Part shown: positions 32,466-41,437 of the stretch, one piece after another
Layout: each line of letters opens with the position of its first letter
How positions within the stretch are numbered: the first letter of the stretch is position 1
NCBI GenBank assembly: GCA_031425235.1
Contig: JANPIZ010000001.1
Span: 27,731-91,730, forward strand
Length of the DNA: 64,000 nt
Direction of reading: 5' to 3'
Origin: Candidatus Nomurabacteria bacterium
Lineage (GTDB): Bacteria; Patescibacteriota; Minisyncoccia; Phycocordibacterales; UBA9973
Program-made: the position numbers and the translations under genes
Notes under the pieces: generated by a model
What the model saw: only the letters and a program-made list of their open reading frames with translations
Databases searched by the model: none
Told to the model about the DNA's origin: nothing

Positions 32466-33146
32466 TTATTTTAATAGAAACCTTAAACTTGAAACTACCC
32501 GGATTTTTTTGAATTCAGGAGACCCTGGATCTTTGTCAGTAATGTCAAATACGCCTTGATTCCCTCTCGATATTCCCCCAATTTTTGAACCGGACTCGGT
32601 CGCAAACTGCTGGGCCGAGTCCTTTGCATTTTTTATCGCTTCGGCCAACATTTCCGGCTTCACGCTATTAATATCAGAAAATTGAAATTCAATTGAATTT
32701 TGATTTAACGTCACACCTTGTTTTACCAGTGTAAGTGTATCTGTGGAAGCAGATTTGACTAGGTCAACTTTTTTTGTGTATACCGAAAGCTGAGTAGTTG
32801 AATTGTATCTAAAGAGTGAACCGCTATATGTATCCTGGTAGATATTTACCGGTGCTATGTTTATTTCAGATACTTCAAACCCCTTAGCAGTGAGGAACGC
32901 TTGTACCGCTTTTGTATTTTTGTCTATCTGGGCATAGAGCGAGTCAACATCGTTCGATTTAACTTCAAATGTCATAGACCAAATAGCAACATCGGCTTTC
33001 ACTATCCTCTCGGACAAGCCTTTTACTTCCACGTAGGCACCTTGATCAGAAAAATTACCTGCCGCAATATAAAATGCAATTGAGAAAACAAGTATTCCGG
33101 CCGCGATAGCCACTTTTCCATAATATTTTAAATCTTCTTTTTGCAT
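32466..33146 (-). CDS. SIMPL (DUF541) domain protein
   Basis: VEVKGLSERIVKAD, KPEMLAEAIKNA...QGVFDI...KKIRVV. Confidence 0.85.
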   Translation of the reverse strand: MQKEDLKYYGKVAIAAGILVFSIAFYIAAGNFSDQGAYVEVKGLSERIVKADVAIWSMTFEVKSNDVDSLYAQIDKNTKAVQAFLTAKGFEVSEINIAPVNIYQDTYSGSLFRYNSTTQLSVYTKKVDLVKSASTDTLTLVKQGVTLNQNSIEFQFSDINSVKPEMLAEAIKNAKDSAQQFATESGSKIGGISRGNQGVFDITDKDPGSPEFKKIRVVSSLRFLLK

Positions 33147-33152
33147 ATATTA

Positions 33153-33275
33153 TTATACTCGCTTTTTAGCAGGCTTTTTTGCAAGCATCGCCTTTTTTAC
33201 TGTTAAGCGCTTTTTGGTTTTGTGGGAACGCCTCGATTTTGGTCGCACACTTAGAGTTGTATTTCTTTTTGCCAT
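33153..33275 (-). CDS. Small, very basic protein (40 aa), below ORF-track cutoff
   Basis: MAKRNTTLSVRPKSRRSHKTKKRLTVKKAMLAKKPAKKRV*; 17 K/R, no D/E; stop 6 nt before the SIMPL ATG. Confidence 0.65.
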   Translation of the reverse strand: MAKRNTTLSVRPKSRRSHKTKKRLTVKKAMLAKKPAKKRV

Positions 33276-33463
33276 ATACTTGACCGCCTCTAGCGGTAAT
33301 TTTTATGTTATTTGTAATGTATGCCTATTGTAGCATGAAACTACAGTTTTGGATACCATTTTAATACCTCTATGAGTTTTTTCTTCTTTTCCGATTTTTC
33401 AGCTTGCTGTTGTGTTCAATCTTTATCTAAGATAAGACCTCCTTTTTCAAAATTCGTCATATT

Positions 33464-34021
33464 TTATCCCTGCTTTTTCAACCACGCCACCATTTTAGTA
33501 AAGGTTGCTTTTCCCGCTTCGCCGCTTGCAGTCAAGCCTTGAGCTTTTTGGAACGCCGCAACAGCTGTTTTGGTACTTGCTCCATAATCGTTATCAATTC
33601 TCTTTGAAGTTTTATTGTATAAGTTCAAGAACTTTTGTACGCTACCCACGGCAGGGCTCGCTGTTTTTAATTTTAACACCGTGCCTGCGTTCGCGAGTTT
33701 TTGTAATTCATTGATGAGAGTTTGATTTTTATATGTTGTCAGTGTGGTAGGTTTTTTAACTGGTGGAGTTGCAGTAGCAGGCTTTTCGGGTGTTTTGACA
33801 GGTTCTGTGGCAACGGGAGTCGTAGTGGGAGTTGCTACGAGCAGGGTGTTTAATTTTTCTACTTGTTGTTTAAGTTCTTCGTTCTCGGTTTCTAATGTTT
33901 TGATTTTTTGAATATTCACATGATCACTACCTGATTGCATAGTAATAAGGGCCCAATACCCTCCTAGCCCAACAACGCCAAGGGCGAATACTGAAATTAA
34001 AATAAATTTTAAGTTATCCAT
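33464..34021 (-). CDS. Membrane-anchored peptidoglycan-binding domain protein
   Basis: TM, coiled coil, P/T linker, VQKFLN...DNDYGASTKTAVAAFQKAQGL (PG_binding_1). Confidence 0.85.
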   Translation of the reverse strand: MDNLKFILISVFALGVVGLGGYWALITMQSGSDHVNIQKIKTLETENEELKQQVEKLNTLLVATPTTTPVATEPVKTPEKPATATPPVKKPTTLTTYKNQTLINELQKLANAGTVLKLKTASPAVGSVQKFLNLYNKTSKRIDNDYGASTKTAVAAFQKAQGLTASGEAGKATFTKMVAWLKKQG

Positions 34022-34101
34022 ATATCTATCTATTATAGAAAAATTTTCAACTATTGTCTACAAGTAAACCTAAACGTAAGAAATAGTTTATATTTATTTG
34101 A

Positions 34102-34590
34102 TTATTTTAGGTAAGTATCGAAGTATATAGCATGACAAGTATAGCCACTTGGATTTTTTACTAAATAATCTTGGTGATATTCTTCCGCTGGATAGAATTT
34201 GGTCAGTGGCTCGAGAGTAGTTACAACAGGATTCGGCCACCTCTTTGAATCATTTACTATGATTATAAATTCTTCAGCTTCTTTTTTTTCTTCTTCGTCA
34301 GCGTAAAAAATAGCTGACCGATATGAAGTACCTTTGTCATTTCCTTGTTGATTAAGTGTTGTAGGGTTATGTATTTGAAAGAAAAAGTCGAGCAATTTTT
34401 TATATGAAGTTTGTTCAGAATTATATTCTATCTCTACTGCTTCCGCATGCCCATCATGATTATGATACGTAGGATTTTCCACACTACCACCTGTATATCC
34501 AACAGTTGTATTGATTACTCCCTCTTGTTTTCTTATAAGGTCTTCGAGCCCCCAAAAACATCCTCCGGCAAGTACTATTTTTTTTATCAT
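34102..34590 (-). CDS. msrA: Peptide-methionine (S)-S-oxide reductase
   Basis: [27 protein letters not shown]. Confidence 0.96.
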   Translation of the reverse strand: MIKKIVLAGGCFWGLEDLIRKQEGVINTTVGYTGGSVENPTYHNHDGHAEAVEIEYNSEQTSYKKLLDFFFQIHNPTTLNQQGNDKGTSYRSAIFYADEEEKKEAEEFIIIVNDSKRWPNPVVTTLEPLTKFYPAEEYHQDYLVKNPSGYTCHAIYFDTYLK

Positions 34591-34750
34591 ATTTTTATTT
34601 TACAGTATATTACTTTTTATTTAAACCTAGTTGATACAAACTTTTCCTGATTATTCTTAAGTGGCTGCATAATGCATAAAATGCAAAAGTGAAAGCCGCA
34701 TCAAAATTTTTATATCGTGATGCGGCAAGTCATAATAAAATTATTACGAC

Positions 34751-35230
34751 TTATTTCTTAAATTCTGAAGAACAAAGCTGTTCTTCCACTAAAAGTACTT
34801 TATTGTCTATTCCACAATACACAAGGAAAAAGCACTTACCTACCAATACCTCATTTTTCACAAAAAAGATAGTTTTTTGATCCCACTTTAAAGTAAAAAT
34901 CTTTTCGCTTGGATTCTTTCGATTTAGCGAAAAATACTTTATTTCAAAGACGGGACCTGATAGCAAGAATGAAATTTGAACATTGTCATATTTCATCCAC
35001 TCCCACCAGTCTAACTTTTTATGTAAATTTCTGTGAATAACCAAGGGGTCTTTATTTACAACTGTCGATATTGGTTTTTGTTTTGTTTTTTTAGGTACGA
35101 CTTTGATAGTCCTATTTTTCTTTAGCGTGAGAGGCTTTTGAGCTTCAGCGACTAATGTTAAAGAAAAGAAAACAAAAAATAATATAAGTAGCTTGGCGAC
35201 ACGCATCGCCAAGTTTTTAGCCTTGGACAT
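34751..35230 (-). CDS. Hypothetical secreted protein
   Basis: Signal-like N-terminus ending AEA; GGAGGT upstream of ATG; hairpin GCCGCATCA..TGATGCGGC downstream (~34695-34727). Confidence 0.6.
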   Translation of the reverse strand: MSKAKNLAMRVAKLLILFFVFFSLTLVAEAQKPLTLKKNRTIKVVPKKTKQKPISTVVNKDPLVIHRNLHKKLDWWEWMKYDNVQISFLLSGPVFEIKYFSLNRKNPSEKIFTLKWDQKTIFFVKNEVLVGKCFFLVYCGIDNKVLLVEEQLCSSEFKK

Positions 35231-35311
35231 ATTGTATGCCACCTCCATTTACGACTATATACCTATTAGCTAAAAAGTAAATACTTCCTATTATTTTGGT
35301 ATAATAACCCT

Positions 35312-35569
35312 ATGTCTAGTAAGGAAATAAAAAATAGCACGGTGCACAAAATACCGCCAGACTTACAAAAAGCCCTTATATCTACAAAAACTGCTTTTTC
35401 GATATGGGAAGACATAACACCACTCGCACGTAATGAGTGGATATGTTGGGTTACCTCTCCTAAAAAGGAGGAAACAAGAATTATTCGTATAGAGAAAGCT
35501 ATTTCAAAACTTACGGGTGGAATGCGTCGCCCTTGTTGCTGGGCTGGGTGCACTCACCGTACAAAATAA
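35312..35569 (+). CDS. YdeI/OmpD-associated family protein
   Basis: PPDLQKAL...WEDITPLARNEWICWV...RRPCCWAGC. Confidence 0.85.
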   Translation: MSSKEIKNSTVHKIPPDLQKALISTKTAFSIWEDITPLARNEWICWVTSPKKEETRIIRIEKAISKLTGGMRRPCCWAGCTHRTK

Positions 35570-35617
35570 TTATAACCCAAAAGTAATTATTCCCTTTCCC
35601 GTTCGTCTATAATATAT

Positions 35618-36247
35618 ATGAAAATACAGACACAGCTGAAACAAGGCAAAGCTCTTATTTCTACGGATCGCATTGAGATATATGTTTTAGCCCTTGTAAA
35701 TCTTTTCTTAATTCTTGCAATAAGCATTGGAGGGAATGGCTTTTTTCACAGTGCTTTTGTTTCTATCGGACTTATAACTAATATTACTGCATTCAGCATT
35801 ATTTTTTTTACCAACACCCCATCGTTCAAAAAAATTTCAAAAAAAGAAATACCTATACTTACAATACTAGCTATGGAAATAATTTTATTGTTGGGAATAC
35901 CGCTTTTACCCTTAATAAAGGGTCCTCTCTTTTTACAATTTCTCATTGTTGCGAGCATGCAACTTTCAGTTTCATTTTTCTTTTGGAAAATATATGAACG
36001 TGAAGTAAGTGAACTTAGTAGATTTTTTATATTTAATATTTCTCTACTCTACGAATATGTCTCCCCTCGACTTGTATATACACACTTCATACCTCACATT
36101 TCTCGATTAAAACTTTTCATCATTCTTAAATTGGAAAAATTCCAGCAACTATTGGTATATATGACGAATGGTATCTGGACACGCATTAGTCATATACTGC
36201 CTGAGTGGTTATTTTTAAAGAAGCAACAAACAAGAAGTGTCAGGTAA
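35618..36247 (+). CDS. Hypothetical membrane protein
   Basis: About 4 TM segments; TATAAT just upstream. Confidence 0.55.
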   Translation: MKIQTQLKQGKALISTDRIEIYVLALVNLFLILAISIGGNGFFHSAFVSIGLITNITAFSIIFFTNTPSFKKISKKEIPILTILAMEIILLLGIPLLPLIKGPLFLQFLIVASMQLSVSFFFWKIYEREVSELSRFFIFNISLLYEYVSPRLVYTHFIPHISRLKLFIILKLEKFQQLLVYMTNGIWTRISHILPEWLFLKKQQTRSVR

Positions 36248-36289
36248 GTTCCCATACTAAGACTAAGAACATCCCTACTCTGCTTCAAT

Positions 36290-36360
36290 TTTTTTATTCA
36301 CTACATCACGATGCGCTTTAGACTTATACGTTATCCAAGAAAACACCACTGTTTTCATCG
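36290..36360 (-). pseudogene. Remnant of a DUF1428-like gene
   Basis: Minus strand reads KTVVFSWITYKSKAHRDVVNKK, matching the recalled DUF1428 motif ETVVFSWI.Y.S..HRD.VN; rest of gene absent. Confidence 0.5.
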
Positions 36361-36430
36361 CTATAATATTATACCATAAAACTTCTATATAAGGAAAAGA
36401 AACGTCTTGTTTAGAATTTTGAAAAAGTAA

Positions 36431-37252
36431 TTATCGCCCTAACATCCTTACAGCTCGGACGAATAAAGTCTGCCACCACGGAGCAGAATAACGCAATCTC
36501 GGTTTTTCATCTTCGACTGCTTTAACGATTTTTTTAACAATAGAATCAGTACTTTGAAGCTCAAATGATTTAAATAGCCTATCTTCCCTGTTTTTTATCT
36601 TATTAATTATTTTAAAAAAATGAGATGTATTGTCTAACCATTCATACTTGGTAGCGACAACCCGTTGGTTAAATCCAGTGTGGTATGTGCCTGGTTCTAT
36701 TACCGAAATAAAAACTTTATTACTGATCTCTTTGATTTCTTGTCGCATTACATCAGCGGCGGCGGATAAAGCGAATTTCGTCATGTTGTATGTTCCCCAG
36801 TACGGCATAACCATTCTCCCCGCCAGAGAACTAATAAAAATAACCCTACCAGAGCCTCTTGCTATCATTGCTTTTAAAACAGTTTGAGTCAATTCTAAAG
36901 TACTAAAAACGTTTACCTCAAAATTATTCCTAACACGCTGTATGGGAATTTCTGACAAAGGACCCGATTCTCCAATTCCAGCATTATTTATAAGGATATC
37001 TATTTGTACATTTTCTAATTTCTGCACATCTTCTTTGGAAGTGATGTCTAATTTAAAAACTTCAAAAGACACATTGTGCTTTTTGGCATACTCTTTGAGG
37101 TCTTCGACAGATTCGTCAAGGTGAACCGTAGCGATAACTTTGTGTCCCCTCTTAGCCAAAGCAACAGCAGCATCACGGCCGATGCCACCTCTTGAGCCTG
37201 TTATCAAGATTGTTTTAGTATATATGGAATTTAATTTTATTCCTTTCGCCAT
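36431..37252 (-). CDS. Short-chain dehydrogenase/reductase
   Basis: TGSRGGIG, NNAG, YNMTK (YxxxK), EPG. Confidence 0.93.
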   Translation of the reverse strand: MAKGIKLNSIYTKTILITGSRGGIGRDAAVALAKRGHKVIATVHLDESVEDLKEYAKKHNVSFEVFKLDITSKEDVQKLENVQIDILINNAGIGESGPLSEIPIQRVRNNFEVNVFSTLELTQTVLKAMIARGSGRVIFISSLAGRMVMPYWGTYNMTKFALSAAADVMRQEIKEISNKVFISVIEPGTYHTGFNQRVVATKYEWLDNTSHFFKIINKIKNREDRLFKSFELQSTDSIVKKIVKAVEDEKPRLRYSAPWWQTLFVRAVRMLGR

Positions 37253-37461
37253 TTTATCTGAAATTCAAGCTCTTCGTTATTTTTATCCTTTTCATGTTCT
37301 ATGTTTATGAGTGCATTTTTAGGAACATCTATTTTAGCCCCTGCGACTTGAATGGAAAACTTCTTTCCTTTTTCTAAAGAATCTGCCAAACGACGTAGTT
37401 TTTTAATAAACTCGCTTTTTGTATAGACTTTCTCAATATCTCTTGTCTTTATTTTTCTCAT
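37237..37461 (-). CDS. Amphi-Trp domain protein
   Basis: RDIEKVY...KLRRLADSLE...IQVAG...EHE...ELEFQIKW; start taken at MRKIK. Confidence 0.8.
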   Translation of the reverse strand: MRKIKTRDIEKVYTKSEFIKKLRRLADSLEKGKKFSIQVAGAKIDVPKNALINIEHEKDKNNEELEFQIKWRKE

Positions 37462-37517
37462 AGGTATATTATAGCATAATTTCACACTCTTAAATTAGAT
37501 AAAAAATTCATTAGTAT

Positions 37518-38063
37518 TTATTGACAAGATCCTTCCGTCCAAGAATCCGCGGATTCAAGAGCTTTTTTTATTTTTTCGTTTCCTGGATATTTATTTAATA
37601 AGTTCAATTTATCATTTTCAATCGTATAACATTGGTCTGCCTCAATACCCTGTTCAACTTGAACCTGTCTTTCTGGACCACCATAACCAGATTCTTCGCT
37701 CCAATGATTACATATCATAATTCTGTTGACTATCGGCTCAAGATCGCTTGGTAGGCCTTGAGTTATATTTTTTGAAAATTCCCCGTCTGTGCAAGAAGAT
37801 TTTTTAATAACAATACTTGAGTCAATAAGAGTGTTGAACTGACCCCCTGTTGGTCTTTCATTGCTCTTTGAATCTTCCCCAGTTGGGATATCGCCATTTT
37901 GAAATGTATCCTTGAGGCCTGTCTGTTGAACCTCGATAGGTTTATCTCCTTTTTCAAAATAACTTTTTAATATATTGCGATTAACAACTGCAAATGTTCC
38001 ACCGCCGACTAAAACTACAATTAATATAATAATTAAGGGAGCAAATCCTTTTTGATTTTTCAT
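37518..38063 (-). CDS. Pilin-like (class III signal peptide) secreted protein
   Basis: MKNQKG|FAPLIIILIVVLVGGG; C-terminal domain with 4 Cys. Confidence 0.7.
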   Translation of the reverse strand: MKNQKGFAPLIIILIVVLVGGGTFAVVNRNILKSYFEKGDKPIEVQQTGLKDTFQNGDIPTGEDSKSNERPTGGQFNTLIDSSIVIKKSSCTDGEFSKNITQGLPSDLEPIVNRIMICNHWSEESGYGGPERQVQVEQGIEADQCYTIENDKLNLLNKYPGNEKIKKALESADSWTEGSCQ

Positions 38064-38105
38064 ATATAAATTTTATCACAAAAGAGAAGACCCAGCTACT
38101 CCAAG

Positions 38106-38220
38106 CTTGAGGTAGACAAGCCATCAAGGCGTTTTCACTTTCTTTACTATTATTTTCAATTTTTATCACCAGTGCATGCACTTTTTTGTATTTTAAACAT
38201 GTTTAAGATGTTTATAGGTA
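38106..38220 (-). pseudogene. Deleted, decayed duplicate of the marR gene at 42271-42753
   Basis: 38106-38178 aligns with 42342-42420 (tagacaa.ccatcaag..ttttcactttctttacta.ttatttt.caattt.tatcac...gcatg); 38181-38220 aligns with the marR 5' end. Confidence 0.8.
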
Positions 38221-38273
38221 TCCTTATATAAACTTTTCCACAGGTAGTTTATAGTACTTTTTTTTCGGGTGTG

Positions 38274-38298
38274 ATATACTTAAGTGAGTTAAGTATAT
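38274..38298. promoter_or_regulatory. Operator-like palindrome upstream of the DUF4331 operon
   Basis: ATATACTTAA-GTGAG-TTAAGTATAT, overlapping TG-A-TATACT extended -10; homologous to 42808-42830. Confidence 0.75.
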
Positions 38299-38380
38299 GG
38301 TCGATGTGTAATATTATAAAATATGTGTAAAATATTATTTTCAAATAATATTTAATTATTAACTAATAAAAAATAAAAAC

Positions 38381-39997
38381 ATGATAAATAAAAAAATAAT
38401 TTTTGGATTTATTGCAGTGGCGCTCGTGATCTCAACTACTTTCCAAGTATTTGCTTCAAGCCACCGAGAAGCACCACTTATTAGTGGTGATCCAAAAGTT
38501 GATGCTACAGATCTATATGCATTCGTAAGTCCCGACAACAAAGAGATGGTGACACTTATCGCAAATTATATCCCATTTGAAGAACCTGCAGGAGGTCCAA
38601 ACTTTGATTCTTTTGATGATAAAGCTCTGTACGAAATAAAAATAGATAATGATGGTGATGCAAAACCAGACATTGTATACCAATTTAGATTCAAAACAAC
38701 AGTTGGTAATAAAGATACATTCCTGTATAATACCGGAGCTATAAATTCTCTTTCTGATACAAATTGGAACGTTAAACAAACATATACGTTAACAAAAGTT
38801 GAAGACGGAGAAAGTGTAATTTTGGGAACTGATTTAAAAATGGCTCCTGTAAACATAGGACCTAAATCAACCCCTAATTACGCCGCACTTCAAGCACAAT
38901 CTATCAACTCTATACCGGGCGGCGGAAAAGTATTTGCAGGACAAAGTGATGATCCATTCTTCGTAGACCTTGGAAGTCTTTTTGATCTTCTTACTATACG
39001 AAAACTTCCTGGAAATAATGGAGGTGGAGTAAACACTACTCAAGGATCAAATGTTCATTCATTGGCACTTCAAATTCCAACGAAAGAACTTACGAGCAAT
39101 AAAATTATGCCGACAGATCCAAAAGATCCAAAAGCAGTGATTGGGGTTTGGACTACTGCATCTAGGCAAGCAACAAGAGTCCTTGGATCATCTGGCACTC
39201 AAAATGATTCAGGAGATTGGATCCAAGTTTCAAGACTTGGCTCTCCACTCGTGAATGAAGTTGTAGCTCCTTTAGGTGCTAAAGATTTATTTAATTCTTC
39301 AAAGCCAGAAAATGACGCTCAGTTCGCAAATGCAGTAACTGATCCTGAGGTTGGAAAACTTCTAAAAGCTTTATATGGAATAAAAGTTCCTCCTCAAGGC
39401 GTGTTTGGTTCACCATCACAGAGAGATGATCTTATAGCTATATTCCTAACTGGAATTCCAGATCTTACAAAGTCAGAAATAGGAACTCCGGCAGAAGAAC
39501 TTAGATTGAATGTAGCTATCCCTCCAACAATAAACCCAAACAAAATGGGAGTATTAGGAGGTGACATGCAGGGATATCCAAACGGGCGAAGACTTGGTGA
39601 CGATGTAATAGATATTTCTTTGCAAGCAATTGCAGGAGCAGCATATCCCCTTTTTCACCCAGATTTTGTTGTTGACCCAACTGGAGCAAAACTCGGTGAT
39701 GGAGTAGACACCAATGATGTTGCATTTAGAGGATCGTTCCCCTATTTAGCAATCCCAAATCAAGGATATGAAAGTGTGCCGCATGCAAAAAATGGTGTGG
39801 CGCAATGCGGAATCGGTAGGACTCTCACACGAGGCACTAAAGGCGAAGATGTACGATGTCTCCAAAGATATTTAATCCTTAAAGGCTTTCTAGGAGCAAA
39901 TGGAGCTGATGGTAATTTTGGACTTATGACACAGAAAGCTGTAATACAATGGCAAACAAGTTCTAATATGTCACAAACTGGATCAGTGACGAACTAA
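38381..39997 (+). CDS. Secreted DUF4331 protein with C-terminal peptidoglycan-binding domain
   Basis: Signal peptide then SSHREAP, DATDLYAF, DDPFFVDL, SRLGSPLVNE, GYPNGRRLGDDVID, FPYLA; C-terminal LTRGTKGEDVRCLQRYL. Confidence 0.9.
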   Translation: MINKKIIFGFIAVALVISTTFQVFASSHREAPLISGDPKVDATDLYAFVSPDNKEMVTLIANYIPFEEPAGGPNFDSFDDKALYEIKIDNDGDAKPDIVYQFRFKTTVGNKDTFLYNTGAINSLSDTNWNVKQTYTLTKVEDGESVILGTDLKMAPVNIGPKSTPNYAALQAQSINSIPGGGKVFAGQSDDPFFVDLGSLFDLLTIRKLPGNNGGGVNTTQGSNVHSLALQIPTKELTSNKIMPTDPKDPKAVIGVWTTASRQATRVLGSSGTQNDSGDWIQVSRLGSPLVNEVVAPLGAKDLFNSSKPENDAQFANAVTDPEVGKLLKALYGIKVPPQGVFGSPSQRDDLIAIFLTGIPDLTKSEIGTPAEELRLNVAIPPTINPNKMGVLGGDMQGYPNGRRLGDDVIDISLQAIAGAAYPLFHPDFVVDPTGAKLGDGVDTNDVAFRGSFPYLAIPNQGYESVPHAKNGVAQCGIGRTLTRGTKGEDVRCLQRYLILKGFLGANGADGNFGLMTQKAVIQWQTSSNMSQTGSVTN

Positions 39998-40052
39998 TAG
40001 ATATATGTTGCTAAAAAATAAATCAGCAAGTAAGCATTAAGATTTATTTTAA

Positions 40053-40089
40053 GTGCTATCATGAAAACATAAAATGAGCATGATAGCAC
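40053..40089. other. Intergenic stem-loop inside operon
   Basis: GTGCTATCATG-N15-CATGATAGCAC, no U-tract. Confidence 0.55.
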
Positions 40090-40115
40090 GATCAAATAAA
40101 CCTTTATAAATAATT

Positions 40116-41414
40116 ATGCAATCATTTTTCAAAAAAAAATATTTGATATCACTTATATTGTCTATCACGCTCGGCGCCGTCATAGTGGTTGCTAATATAT
40201 GGTTTGCCCATAATAGATCGTCTGCTCCCGAAAATGGGAATCTAGACCAAACTACACTCGATGGTCAAATAAATGCTTTAACTCTAGCAATCGAATGGAG
40301 TCCGGAGAATGTTAAAAATTATATCGATCTAGGTAGCTTGTATCTGCAGAAAGTGCGTGAAACTGCCGACACATCTTATTATCAAAAAATAGATACGCTC
40401 ATGGATAAAGCCTATAAGATTGATCCTTTCCATCCAGATATCCCAGCTATTCAAGGAAATATGAATCTCGGCAAACATAACTTTATTCAAGCAAAAACTG
40501 ACGCAGAAAAAGCTATTCTCTTAAACCCTGCTAATCATTTATATTACGGACTACTTGGTGATGCTGAAATAGAACTAGGACATTATCAAGAAGCCGTAGA
40601 GGCATTCCAAAAGATGGTGGATATCAGGCCATCATATTCTTCTTATATACGTATCGCCTATGTTAGGGAATTATATGGTGATATTAAAGGTGCTGAGGAA
40701 TTTTTAAATCTCGCAATAAACTCTGGCAGCAGTTTTAAGGAAAATATAGCTTTTGCTTATGTTGAACTAGGGAAAATCCATATGCGAGATAATTTAACCG
40801 AGGGAGCCTCAGATTTTAACATAGCACTTACTATATTGCCTGGTTACGCTCCTGCCCTAAGCGGTTTAGGTAAAATATATTTTTTTAAAGGGGATTTTTT
40901 AGAAGCAGAAAAATATTTTAAACAAGCATACAATGCAATTCCTAGTGCAGAACATGCTACCAATTTGGCTGACTTCTATTTCAAACAAGGAGAGCAAAAT
41001 ATGTCTACTCAATATCTTACACTCGCACAGGTAGCATATGACAGTTCGAGATCAAGTGAAGTAAATGCTGACCTTGAAGAATCGCTCTTTTTGAGTGATC
41101 ATGATATTTCTCTTGACCGAGCTGTCGCTATGGCTCAAAATACATATGCTGAAAGAAAAGGAATCTATGTAGCCGATACTCTATCATGGGCTCTATATAA
41201 GAGTGGAAAAACAGAAGAAGCTTTACGTTATTCCAAAGAAGCTTTACAATTAGGTGAGACAGATCCTCTCATACTTTTCCATCAAGGAATGATTGCATTT
41301 AAAAGTGGTAACATGAAAACAGCTAAAAAATACCTCACTAAATCTCGTGATATTAATCCAAATATTTCAATTATTAACGCATCCATACTAAAACAAACTC
41401 TTTTGAGCTTGTAA
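40116..41414 (+). CDS. Membrane-anchored TPR protein
   Basis: N-terminal TM; TPR-like repeats (LGDAEIELGHYQEAVEAFQK, DTLSWALYKSG). Confidence 0.88.
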   Translation: MQSFFKKKYLISLILSITLGAVIVVANIWFAHNRSSAPENGNLDQTTLDGQINALTLAIEWSPENVKNYIDLGSLYLQKVRETADTSYYQKIDTLMDKAYKIDPFHPDIPAIQGNMNLGKHNFIQAKTDAEKAILLNPANHLYYGLLGDAEIELGHYQEAVEAFQKMVDIRPSYSSYIRIAYVRELYGDIKGAEEFLNLAINSGSSFKENIAFAYVELGKIHMRDNLTEGASDFNIALTILPGYAPALSGLGKIYFFKGDFLEAEKYFKQAYNAIPSAEHATNLADFYFKQGEQNMSTQYLTLAQVAYDSSRSSEVNADLEESLFLSDHDISLDRAVAMAQNTYAERKGIYVADTLSWALYKSGKTEEALRYSKEALQLGETDPLILFHQGMIAFKSGNMKTAKKYLTKSRDINPNISIINASILKQTLLSL

Positions 41415-41437
41415 GCATTTCTTAAAAAGATCGTAAT

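Noticed and set aside
33345-33460. In-frame TGA in a short minus frame as a sign of genetic code 25
   Set aside because: All long genes are intact under code 11 and the IS transposase ends in TGA; more likely a decayed ORF.
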